Shown here: positions 13,699 to 25,799 of the stretch, one piece after another
Position numbering within the stretch: position 1 is the stretch's first letter
Layout: each line of letters opens with the position of its first letter
Source of the DNA: Camelus dromedarius
Taxonomy: Eukaryota
Direction: 5' to 3'
Length of the DNA: 64,000 bases
NCBI RefSeq assembly: GCF_036321535.1
Contig: NC_087436.1
Location: 45,200,001 to 45,264,000, forward strand
The notes under the pieces: generated by a model
Told to the model about the DNA's origin: nothing
What the model saw: only the letters and a program-made list of their open reading frames with translations
The model's database searches: none
Translations under genes and position numbers: made by a program

Positions 13699-13836
13699 GC
13701 GTGCAGCCGGCGGCCGTTGAATGCCTCTTCTCCAAAGACTCCGAAATCAAAAAGATCGAGTTCACGGACTCTCCCGAGAGCCGGAAAGAGGCGGCCACCA
13801 GCAAGCTCTTCCCGCGGCTGCATCCCAGCGCCTATG
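13699..13836 (+). CDS. PITX2: PITX2b-specific cassette exon (138 nt, GVQPAAVECLFSKDSEIKKIEFTDSPESRKEAATSKLFPRLHPSAY)
   Basis: Acceptor cccAG at 13697-13698, donor G|GTAAGG at 13837. Symmetric phase 1-1 exon whose peptide matches the PITX2b insert. Confidence 0.95.
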
Positions 13837-14580
13837 GTAAGGCCAGGAGCGAGGCGCACGCCGCGCGCTTGGCGTCCGCCCCCGGGCCTCTGGGGCTCTG
13901 GTGAGACGCACGCAGGCAAGGCCGCCAGACTGGGCGCGCCTGCTCCGAACTTAAGACACTTGGCCTCTGGGTAGGACGAGAAGCAGCCGTCCAAGCAACG
14001 TTAATTCCTTTCCCCAAATTATACTACCCTCCTGAGACCCATCACCTCTCCCTCTCGCTCTTTCTCGCTCTCTCCTTATGATCTGATGTGTGGCCTGATC
14101 TACACACACCCCAAACTACCTCGGTGCCTCTAGCTGGGGTGGAAAAGTGGTCCAACAGCGACCTCTGTCGCTCACCACGTCCCACTGCGTACAGTACCAG
14201 CAGGGCCCACCCCGTCCCGGCGGCTTTTGGTCGCGCCCCGCCCAGGCTTGTGGGTGCGGGGTTTACCGCGGAAGATCAGCAAGCGAGGTTGGCGGAGGTT
14301 CGCCCAGGCAGCGAGGTGGGGGAGCTGACAACAGCCCTGCAGAGCCTGAGGGCAGCGACTGCGCTCAGCAGCAGAGGGTGGAATGGAGTTTGCCCCTGTC
14401 GACGCGAACCTACCTGTTGTGCTGGTTCCAAGGCCTCAGGTTTTGGTAGTGTGGTTCATTGTCTTGTTTCACGCTGGACGAGTCAAGGGATATTGCTACT
14501 CAAAGACTGCAGGCTCGAGTAGAACTTAACGTCTCCAATCCCCGCACAGGCCTTTGCTGAATTGAAATGTGTCCTTTAGT

Positions 14581-14587
14581 TGTGTGC

Positions 14588-14623
<36 letters not shown>

Positions 14624-14624
14624 C

Positions 14625-14673
<49 letters not shown>
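14581..14673. repeat. Compound (TG)n(AG)n microsatellite
   Basis: Directly visible. Confidence 0.98.
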
Positions 14674-14676
<3 letters not shown>

Positions 14677-17263
14677 GTGGGACAACCTGTCCTTTGGAAT
14701 ACAGAAAAAACTCAAATTTACTGTTGCTCTATTCTCTGTGTTTTCCAGGCTCCTTAATAACTAAGTGCCTATAGAATGTTGTTGACCTTTGATAGTGTGA
14801 GGAGATAAAGCACCCCCCCACAGCCCTCATCCCTAACCCCCTCTTTCCGGATTAAAGTTTAAGGGTACAAATGTAATGTGTGCTAGAGAGGGGCGAATTG
14901 GGACCCCCGCCAAGTAAACAAGCCGTATTACCGAGAAGAAAACAAAGGCCTCCCGCATTGGGCTTCCCAGTGAATCTGAGAGAAAAGCATCATTTGTTGA
15001 AATAAAACGTCTAAAGTGGTGTGGAGCAGAATGGCCTCGACACTGCACAAAATCGCTAGTCCTCCCGCTGGGCCAGTTAAACGCTCACTTGTCCGGGATT
15101 AACCCCATGGGGTTAAATGAGGCCACACGGAGATAACATCGGGTGATTTCTGTCATTAAGATTGTGTTAAATTCTTCTTCTGTTTGATAATCGGTCGTAA
15201 AAATAAATTATTACACCGGAGCATGTTTGGGATATGGTTAAAAATCAAGAGCAGCGATGACTCCTGGGGGAAATGCTTTGTGCGGGCTCAGCCCTGGCTC
15301 CGGCCAGGCTAGGGGAGCTCCCCAGTCTCGCTTCGCACAGCGCGGGCTGGCCGCCGCCCAGCCGAGGCTGGCGTTTCTCGCTGCGCTAGGAGCCCAGAGA
15401 CGCAAAATGTCTCATACCCCTAACCCTACCCGCACCCAGGGTTTCCTTGACCCCAGGGATGGCTTCTGAGAACAGGTGGCCTCCACGTGACTAGGGTCCC
15501 TTCGAGGAAAAAAGAAGCCTGAGGTGGGATGGGGGCCTCTTGGATGTGCTAGAAGTGGCGGAGCCAGGGAGTCCTGTCCTCTCCTGTCACCGTCCGAGCA
15601 GGTGGCCCTAGGAGTTCGCTTTTGATAATTAGCAAAGAGCTAGAAATAATAAACGATTATTTTCTTAATCAATACTTTTAGGCCCGGATTATTTTTGTGC
15701 AGGGAAAGGCTCTTCCCTACACTGCCAGTAGTCTGTTTTCTGCCTTTTGGACTGAAGATGAAAACTGCTGCCCAAACACGTTTAATGCCATTAATTAAGA
15801 AGAGACACGTGGTAGGGGAAAATTATGAAAATCTTGATTTTATTGGCTTTTAAGGAATCGAGTAGACCAAAAATGTCACACAAATGTAGACAAAGCTGTA
15901 GTAAGTAAATTTAACTTACAGAATAGGCAAACTCCTAGCCACAGCATAATTTTTAAAAGAAAAAGGGAGAGAGATTATTCTCCTTAACTTTTTAATAGTT
16001 TTTATTTGCTTTTTAAAAGAAAAAATATTTACAATGACATGCAATTTTTGAAAAGGTCCCTGATATCCTATTGAAGACACTACCTTCTCCTAAACCCCAC
16101 CCCAAAACACCATGTCCTCCTTGAATATTGAAAAAGTTCTGTGAGTTGACAGGATCGATCTCTGGGAGATCTGCCTCTCTTCCCAAACAAGTCTCCGTGC
16201 CCTTGATACCCATTGAGATGACCCACAGCCTGGCTCAAACCCAGAAATGACTGGGGGGCAGGAAGTTGCCTGAAGACTCCCTAAGGCAAGGAGTTTGAGA
16301 GAAGGATGGCAAGGATGGCAAGTGAAGAGAGGAAGAGTTGGTAAGTTAAACAGGATTCCCCCAGACAGAAGGCAGGCTGAGAAGTTCCCTTTGAACAGAC
16401 GTCCTTGGCTTTTCCTTGCTTTGAGTGTCCTGAGTGGAGCCTCCGTTTGGAGAAACACGAAAAGTAATCTTGACCTTCAGGAAGAGAATGGCCTGAGCCT
16501 CCCCTGTAAATCACCTTTAAAGTTTCAGGGCTGTGGCTGTAAATTTGGGGCTGTAATCGACCCAGCTGCGGTCCGTCGGTCCCGGCGCTGGCCTCGGGAC
16601 CAGATTTGGGGCCGATACCTTCGCCCGGCCTCCCTCAGCTACGCCACTAATTTTTACGTGGTTTGGCAAAGCAGTTGGGCTGAAATTGTTCAACCTCGGC
16701 CTCTGGTGCGCGCAGGCTTTCTTCCCTAAGGACAGGGACTCCAAGACTCCAGCCGCGACACACCGTCTCACGCGGCAGCAGTCGGGTCCCGGTCTTCTTC
16801 AGAGGAGCGGGGGTAACCCTCGCCGCCTTTGTGGCCGCAGAGCCATTCATTCAATCACCAAATGTTTGCCAAGCACATACTGCATGGATTCCTAATGCCT
16901 CCCCCTCCTCCCCCAAGCAAATCATCCGGTTTCCCTTCGCCGTTCGGAAGCGACTTTAATGCTAACGAGGATACCAACAAAAGCAACCCAGACCACCTCT
17001 AGCAAAATGCTAAATGGCGGTGCGAGGGGGAGGCTCTCGGGCCTGAGCGTGGTCAGAAAGAAGGGGGATGTTTAAAAGGGTGGAGGGCTTTTAGTGCGAA
17101 GCCGGGGTAAAAGACCAGGGCGTGCCAGAGGGGCGTGAGGTCTGAAGAAGCCGGGAGATGGGAGAGGAGAGATTTCCATTTTCTTTTCTACCCCCATCGC
17201 CACCACCCCCACCCCGCTTCAGATCTTCAGCTTATTGGCAGAAGTTGCTTCTCCTTTTGGTGA

Positions 17264-17264
<1 letters not shown>

Positions 17265-17330
<66 letters not shown>
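17265..17330. repeat. (GTT)22 microsatellite
   Basis: Directly visible perfect trinucleotide run. Confidence 0.98.
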
Positions 17331-19053
17331 CCCCAAACAGGAAATTGTCCAAAGATAGTCAGTTCCTGCGGATCCCCGTTCGCGTCTTTACGGGTCGCGT
17401 TCCTCGGTACCGACGCGGTGTGCGCTCAAAGTTTCGCAAGGCTGATTCGGCTGCTATGCCGCACCGCCCGCTGTTAATATATGCAGCAGTTGTCAGAGCG
17501 ACTCGGGGGAAAAGGAAATGTATAACGAAAGCTTATTCGTGAGCAGGAATATACTAATGGAACAATCTGATGTCTTCTTAATCCTATGTAAAAAGCTTTG
17601 TCGTCTTCCTAATATTGACTGAATGGGTAATTAATGGCTCTTCATCTAGGCGAATACCCTGTAATCCAAAGATAGGCAAAAGACAACAAGCCCAAGGTAG
17701 AAGACAAAAGCCCCGACTGCGGCCGCCACCCTCTTCTCCGCCCCCTACCCAGGGTCTTCACATGGGAAACTTTCCTCTCAAGAGAAAAATGCACAAGTGG
17801 GAGAGTATACGTACCTTTCCTGGGCTAGACTTAAACACAGAACCTGGCTGTCCAGCTCCGTCTTCCCCCACCAGTCCTTCCCTCTGCATTTCTTTCTTCT
17901 CAACTTCTCTAGAAAGACTCCCCCATCGTGGCCCTGACCAGCACCTATCTCCCCAAGGCACCCATCTTTCATTTAGGGAAGCGATTGATAACAGAGGACC
18001 AACATGCAAGTCCTCAGAAGGCTCAGGCAAAGGATTGAGCTTCTTTCTCATCTAGACGGAGACTCCTTTCTCTTACAACCAAAGGCAGAGAATCTGTGAG
18101 GACAAGATGGTTGGGATGGGAAGAAAGAAATTAATAGAAGGAGAGAGAGCGTGCAAAGTTGTGTATATGTGTTAAAGAGAGATCAAGAGTGATGGAGCCA
18201 ACTTCATTGTGAGGATCTGACATGAAGAGTGCCCAAGATTCTCCCAGAATGTTTTTAACAGGCTGACATTTTAATTTAAACCTTTAGAAGTAATATATTA
18301 CTTGGGTTACTACAATGAGGTGGGTTTTTTTTTTTTTTTTGGTCAGCTGACAGCTTTTAAAATATTATTTCGCTAGGGAAATAAAAGCTTCATCTCAGAT
18401 TATAGGTGGGTATTTTTGGATTTATGTGATTTATGGTCACCATGACAACTAATGCTGAATGTTAGCTACCAGCATGTCTGGGAGAGGGAAGACAGAAAGA
18501 AGGGGAGCAAGAGAAATAGAAAGGGAGACGGACATGAGCTGGAGACGGAAAATAGAAAAAAATAGGAAGAGAAGTATTTTAATCCAATTTTTTAAGTGAC
18601 TTTAGTTAGTCCTTTGCCACTTCCATCTCTCTAGACCTAGGCATTGATGTTTATTTCAGTCTCATTTCTCTATCCCTCTTTTACCCTCAAGCACAAGTAT
18701 ACCATTGACTTTATTTTACTTTTCCACGCCTAGTTGCCTTCCGTAATTAAATGAGCGCCTAATAAACCCGTTGTGCTAACAGACTAATGTGCAAAAGCTC
18801 TACAGCACGTGGGTTAGTGATTGCAGTAGCCCCTCTCCCCCTCCCCGCTCCTCCCCTAATCCCCAGCTCCTCTTCACCCAACACTGGCGGGTGAAAAGAA
18901 CCCCCCAGCCAGTTACCCCAAACTTCAAGTGGTTTGTGGGGGACAGAAATATGGTTACCATTTGTGGAGACCCAGAGAGGGTGGATGTTGCTCAGTACTT
19001 CTACAGGCTTTTGATTAAAAAAAGAATCCGCCCCCTTTTTACAAACCTGCACT

Positions 19054-19054
19054 T

Positions 19055-19121
<67 letters not shown>

Positions 19122-19122
19122 T
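19054..19122. repeat. (TTTA)n microsatellite
   Basis: Directly visible. Confidence 0.98.
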
Positions 19123-22100
19123 TTTTTCCATTTAGGGACCAGGGAGAAACCAGTGACGGCAGAACCTTTAATTTCTGGGTGCTTTGGCTTGATGGCGGGG
19201 TTGGGGAGGACGGCGAAGGGGCCTTTTCTAGCTTGATTTGTGTGTGAAAAAAAGCCAGGCCAGGAAAAAAGGGGAGCAGAACCATTTCTCGGGCAAGGTG
19301 CAAGGTCTCCATCTGACCTCTGCGCCTTACACCGCAGGCTCGCGCGCTAGCGCGCGGACACACACACAGACACACTCTCTCACGCACGCGCACGCGCGCC
19401 TGTCATGTGGCTGCGAGCTGACTCCTGCTGGCCTCATCCTTGAGCTGGCCTGGACCTGAGCGAGACTCCTAGCCCTCTACCACCTGACAGCGCAAGGAGA
19501 CATCTAACTGAACCATCTTCATGTGAGCTTTGAGGATAGAATTTTCTCCAAAAATCGTGAGTCGCTTCACTGTGTCCCAGCTCGCGTCCCGGCCGCTGCA
19601 ACCAAGAGTTTGGCGGCGCTGCCCGACCCATCTCGCCGTGATGGCCAGAGGGCCTTTGTGCAACTAACACTAAAGAGCGTGAAATTAAATAAGACCTTAA
19701 GACTAGTAATCGATGGCAAATACCAGCTCAAAACACGCCTGACCTCGTATCACACATTTCCCTCCTCAAGGGTCTTTCTTTGAAAGAATAATTAAGAAAA
19801 CCCAGTTGAGGCGATTCCTGATGTCTTCTGAGTGGAAAACCCAAACCCTCATTGGGCTTCCTGTTCTCTCCCCCACTGCAGCAGTGCAGCACCTCCAGCT
19901 TCCCTGAAACCACTGCACTGATTTTTTTTTTTTTTTTTTCCTGGATTGACCATTTCTGTAATGGAGGCCGAAGTCACACTAATTTCCAGAACCAGTCAAA
20001 GAAGAGTAGGGGCGGGAAGGAGGCTGGTAACGGTAGAGCTGAACTCACAAAATGCCTAAGATTTCCTTATTTCAAATTCTTTTATCTGTACTGCCTAAAC
20101 GTGTACACCTGTGCACCACAACGTTTGGGGTTTTTTGTAGATTAAATCTAAAAAAAATGCCTACTACCAATACAGTTTTCACCGAAAATTGTTTCTTGTT
20201 TCCCCACTACACACTTGCTTTTCCTCACCCCAACTTTTCACATTGGAATAATCCTGCCACACATGGAGTGAACTTTGTTGGGCCTGGAAAGGGTATTGAC
20301 CAACCTCAGAGTGTGTGAAGTGATTAGAAGATTAGAAGAGAGTTGAAATTCTAGCCAGAAAAATGCAAAGAAATACTGCCCTGGCTCAGTTGGATTGAGG
20401 AGGTTGGGGAGAGGTATATGTATTATGTATGAGCATTTCTATCTATAAATAGATACATGCATAATATATATGATTTTGTTTTTACTTAACCAGAGTTCTT
20501 CAAATAATTTATTCTCCACTTGATGTTACAATGGATCAATACAATTTAAGATTCCTTATCTTTTTTGGCTTTTAGGCCACCTGAAGATCACTAGCACTTC
20601 CGACATCTCCCACATTTGGCACTCTGAGGAACTGCCACTTGCCCTTGGGTTTTTCACCCACTTTAGAGGCTGGTTTAGGCCCTTCATATGTGTATATTGG
20701 CCATAAAGTTCTGTTAGTCAATGGAGCCAATGAGATTAAATCAAACTTCCATGGATTTAATGAGACACGGGCTTAGAAATCTATACATCTCTGTGGAGTT
20801 TTTCAACTCTCCTGAGTAAGGCATTTTGAAAACCACTCAGGTTCTCCACCAAAAACTGTGGCTCCAGAGTTTGAATTGTGAAAAAGCAAGGCAGAAAGTA
20901 TGCTCCTTATGGAGGAGAACCTTTTATACTTTGATGTGATGGATTTGTTTTGTGAAATGAAGCCTTGAGCATGTGGTATTGTAGGGATAGCAACTATGCT
21001 GAGGTTTAAAGAAGATACTGGAATATGATTAGTAAACATGGGCAGAAAAGAGCTGATTCATATTGACTTAGTTATAGGTCATGGACTGGCTGGGCAATGG
21101 GAGGAAATATTTACTTTACACATATACTTTATGATCTTGGAGGAATTAGGGGAAATTCAATAAGAAAATGGCTAGAAACATTTAAAACCTTTATTTAAAA
21201 GACTTAAGCAAATTAGAGTCTTATCAGATTAAAAACCACTACAAATGTAAGAGCACTGTCTTCAGTGAAACACTGTGGGGTCTGAGAAAGAGATTCTCTG
21301 CCAAATCTCAGGGATAAAATGCGTCATTTAAGCACCAGATAATGAGCAGTATGTAAATTAATTTAACCTTCTTTACCAACAGGCTGCTTATGTAATATGT
21401 ATAATTTAGTGATAAGATTGCAGGACCTAATATGGCTGGATGTGTGAGCCTCAGCTAATGCAGACCTGTCACATGGGGATCTGTTCTGCTCTGAGCAGGT
21501 GTGTACGTGTGGAATGGGGTGAATTGGAATGAAAGGTTAAAAGTAGAAATGCTGATTTAAAGCTTGCTATGAAGAAAGTTCCTTCCTATAGCTAAATTCT
21601 TCTTAAAATGGGATGATGCTTGTGAAGAGAGACCAAAGAATTCTCACTTGGTTCTTTGGACTACTCTCAAGCATGTTTAACATGGGGGAGGAGTTCCAGA
21701 TAGGGTTGGGGAGTGGGAGCAGGGCAAAGGAGAGACACATGGGTTACAAACATATTTGTAGTCTGCTTCATCCACTCTGCCCCAGACTGAATAAGTTTCC
21801 CAATCTTAGGAACAAGGACAAGGGAGTTTTCTGAAGATACCTCATGCTCGTGTTGCAAATCATTGACTGTAATGTCAAACAAATACACATTGAGGGATGA
21901 TAACACTAACTCCACAATAAAGCAATCGCCAATGCAAAAACCCAGGGGAGATTAGTTTGTGCTCTCTAGCTGACCTAAGCCAGAGGACAAAAGGACTTTC
22001 ACAAATTATTTTGAATGATATCTTTGGATTTCTTCTTCAGTTTCTTTGGAAATAGTGCTGTAAAGATTTAGATGTCCCCAAAGTGTTTTTTTTCTCTTTT

Positions 22101-23049
22101 GTTTTATATAAATGTACAAGGATTTGTTTTTCCTAGCTGAGTGTTTCCCTAGGCTTTTGCCCTTTGCCTACAACCTACTGCCTCTGCCTGCTTAGACTCT
22201 TAACAATTCAAGACAGTCTTGAGCTCCCTAGGAATAGAAAATGACTTAAAAATTATCCTTGAAATTGGTTATTTGGCAACATTCTTAATTGTATGGAAAT
22301 TCATTAAAGCATATTTTATACGTAATTAGCTCAAGGTTGTTGATTCTACAGGCTTTATGGATTTGAATCTGATTGATAATAAAGTAAACAAGAGAGTCAA
22401 ATTTAAAGCATGGCTCTCTCTCGGGTTAGGATGAGCTTAATACAGTGTATAAGGAATTTGAAAGCTCTAGGATATGTGTCTTAATACACGTTAAGTAGAA
22501 TGGATAAGCTTTCAGCATTTTGAAAGTGCTGGGTTAGGGTTTCTATTCTATTGTATGTTTTCTGTCTGGGGACTAATAAGCATTACAGAGAACGTGATCT
22601 GAGGCGACTTTTTATTCTTGTATAAATCCAGAGTGAACCACCAAACAGTTGTTCGCTTAAAGTCAAAGCAATTTTCCTTTGACAGGTCCATTTGCTTCTC
22701 GATTTCTAATTTATTAGCCTCTCTTCTCCCTGCTATGTCTTCTTTGCAATTTAAGTAAAGCTTTTTCAGATTAGCGCCGCAGCATTCACTTGACAGACTG
22801 TTTGGAAAATTTAAGATCGGAGAGATGATTTGTTGGGTGTTTTTAAAATTTTCTAGTTTTAAGCAGCATATCTCCTTTCCACACAGGGGGAGAAAAACAC
22901 CTCTCGGTTGGAAATTAATGTAAGGAGACACGAAAGGAAGGAGGGCTGGGTGCCTTGTTGATCCTTGTACCTCTCAGCCTTCGACCTTTCCGCTTCTTTC
23001 TGCCCAGCCTTTTACTCCCAGCCATCTTTCCACCTCCCCGCCCAAACTA

Positions 23050-23330
23050 AAAGCCGGATCGTCTTGGGCCGGGCCGGAGCAGAATTCCCGGGAGTCGGCC
23101 GGTGTAGACTCCGCCGGCAAGGCGAGTTATTAGCTCGGCCCCGAACAGCTGATAGGTGAAGACAGGACTGTCCCTCCGCCGCGTCTCGAGGGTTTCTGAT
23201 TGGTGCGGAGCCACGTCACTCCAGCCCGCGAAGAGTTTGGGAGGAGGCAGAGGCGGGGAGGATTGGGGAGGGCCGCTGCCGAGTGACGTCTCGGCATCAG
23301 GAAGCCCGCCTCTGGTTTTAAGATGTTAGG
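23050..23330 (+). promoter_or_regulatory. PITX2c promoter (CpG island)
   Basis: Inverted CCAAT boxes (ATTGG 23199-23203, 23262-23266), a GC box near 23251-23259 and CRE-like motifs (CACGTCA ~23212, TGACGTC 23284-23290), directly upstream of GTTAGGCCAACAGGGAAG at 23325, the recalled start of human PITX2c mRNA. Confidence 0.8.
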
Positions 23331-23954
23331 CCAACAGGGAAGCTTGGAGCCGCAGATCTGGTCAGTCGTTCGCCTGGGTGCTGGGAGCTGAGCAGCGGCG
23401 AAGCTGGGCTCGAGCTCTACAGCCCGAGGGGGTGTGCGTGTGGGCACCGCGGAGGGTGCGCCTAGAGGCCCGCGCCGCTGCCGCCGGAGATCTAATATCA
23501 GCTACCTGTCCCTGTCACTCTTGACACTTCGCTGTCAGGGCTGCCGCGCGAGGGGCGGGCAGAGCGCGATCGGCGTTAGCTTTCCTTATTGGAGGGGTAC
23601 TTGGGGGAGGGAGGGAGGGAAGAAAGGGGTCTTTGCCCACTCTTGTTTCGCTTTGGAGCTTGGAAGCCTCCTCCCAAAAGACGCTCCGAGCTGTGCTCTC
23701 CTACCCACATCCTCATGTCTCCGTTTGCCCACTGACTTTCGGTCGCCGGACCCTTTCGCTTGAGCCTTCCGAAGGGGACTGGGGCAGCTCGGCTTGAAGA
23801 CTCAGCGGGGGTTGTGTTCCTTGGCTCTGCCAGCGGCCGCCACGGCAAGGAAACTCCCCGCCTAGAGCGCGAAGCAAGCGGAGCAGGCGGCGGCAGCCAC
23901 GGGGCTTCGCAGGGCGGCAGCCCAGGACTAGTAGGGCGACGCGTTCCTTCGTCC
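23325..23954 (+). other. PITX2: PITX2c 5'UTR (part of its first exon)
   Basis: Continuous GC-rich sequence leading into the PITX2c ATG; similar to the recalled human PITX2c leader. Confidence 0.75.
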
Positions 23955-24162
23955 ATGAACTGCATGAAAGGCCCGCTGTACTTGGAGCACCGAGCAGCAG
24001 GGACCAGGCTGTTGGCCGCCTCCTCGTCCTCCTCCTGTCACCATCCCCAGCCACTGGCCATGGCTTCGGTCCTGACTCCCGGTCAGACCCGCTCCCTGGA
24101 CTCTTCCAAGCACAGGCTGGAGGTGCACACCATCTCCGACACCTCCAGCCCCGAGGCCGCAG
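23955..24162 (+). CDS. PITX2: PITX2c first coding exon ([16 protein letters not shown]...[17 protein letters not shown] + 1 nt)
   Basis: Lies within ORF 23760..24212. Donor CAG|GTAAGG at 24163, phase 1, compatible with exon 25042. Confidence 0.97.
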
Positions 24163-25013
24163 GTAAGGCACCGCGCCGCCCCTTGCGGCCCGGCGCTGCT
24201 CGGCACTTCTAGCCCCCAAGGAAGTCGGCCCCTCCAGGGGGAGGCGTGGTGGGAGTGGTCGTTCAGCTTGCTCCCCGCAGCACTTCCGGAGCCAGGTTCT
24301 GTTGACCCCGCGTCCCTTTCGCTCTGCCTCGACCTCCAGGCTGGGGTGGCGCGAACCAAGCCGGCCATTCAGCTGCCCTCCCTGTTCCTATCCTGACTTT
24401 CCTTCTGTTTCCTGGGTCACAAAAATCTCAGCATCCCCATTAGAGGATTTTCAGAGGGGGCCCCCTGACCCCCATCCCCACTCCCACCCCGGCCCCTGTT
24501 ACCCTCTCGGCTTTCAGTTCCCAAGAAGCTCCACTTGTTAAAAAAATATTTGTGAAACTACGCCTCAGAAGAAGAGGCGGTTTTTCTAAAGGGCGGAGGA
24601 ACTTGAGTGACTCGCCGAATCCCAAAGTTTACTTTTCTTAGCCTTCCGAAACTGCATCGAAATCTGAGCTTTCTACGAGAGGGAGAGGGTTGTGTAAAAC
24701 GCGCGCTTGAGGCTGTGTCGAGAGATTTGGTGTGTCCGCGCAGAGGCGTATAAATATACTTGAAAGCACAGGCTATAAAAATGAATGTGCCGTCTCAGTG
24801 AGATAAACATGTAAATAAAACGTGCGGCGCTGGGGGAGGGGAGGAGATGCGGCGCGCACACCCACACTCACATCTGCACAACCCGCAGACGCAGCGCTCT
24901 TCGCAGCCCGGATCGGCCGCTCACGCATTCCTTCCCCGCCAGGCAGCCTCGCTCTTCCCCGGCCTCTGCGCCTGATCCAGTTGGGGTTAGCGGGTAGCAG
25001 GTGGGCATGCTGA

Positions 25014-25310
<297 letters not shown>

Positions 25311-25799
25311 TAGACCGAGATGGGGGTGAGGAGTGTGGAAGGCAGCGCCGCCCGGGAGGGTTGGAGGGGGGCTGCTTCTGCAAAGGCAGAAGGCCTCGCG
25401 GCGGCCCCAGTTGCGAGGTTACAGCTCCCCCTTCTGAGGCCAGCTGCAGGCCTGGCGCAAAAGCCCAGAGCCACACCGGCTCACAGGCCGCCACCCAGCG
25501 CCCTCCCAAACTGGGCCGCGTGCATTCCCCTGCACAGGGTATTGTGTTCCCGGCTTCACCAGACAAGAGCTAATAAAATCCCTCCCCGGCCAGGAACCTA
25601 GAACAGGCTCCAACCTGTGCCCTTTTAACAACGAAAACCCGCCTGAAACACTCAAGGGTTGGTTCTTCTTGGAAAACTTTCACTCCTGGCCTACCCCAGC
25701 CTTTTCTCTGCTCAGGTTGCCCTTTTATACGGTCTTTGCAGTTTTTCTGCCATTCAAATCTCTCCCACACCCTATTCCCTTGTTTTGTGATCTGCGGAA

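Noticed and set aside
17158..17477. Poly-Leu and poly-Val ORFs
   Set aside because: Translations of the (GTT)n microsatellite
18789..19247. 152-aa ORF with FIYL repeats
   Set aside because: Translation of the (TTTA)n microsatellite
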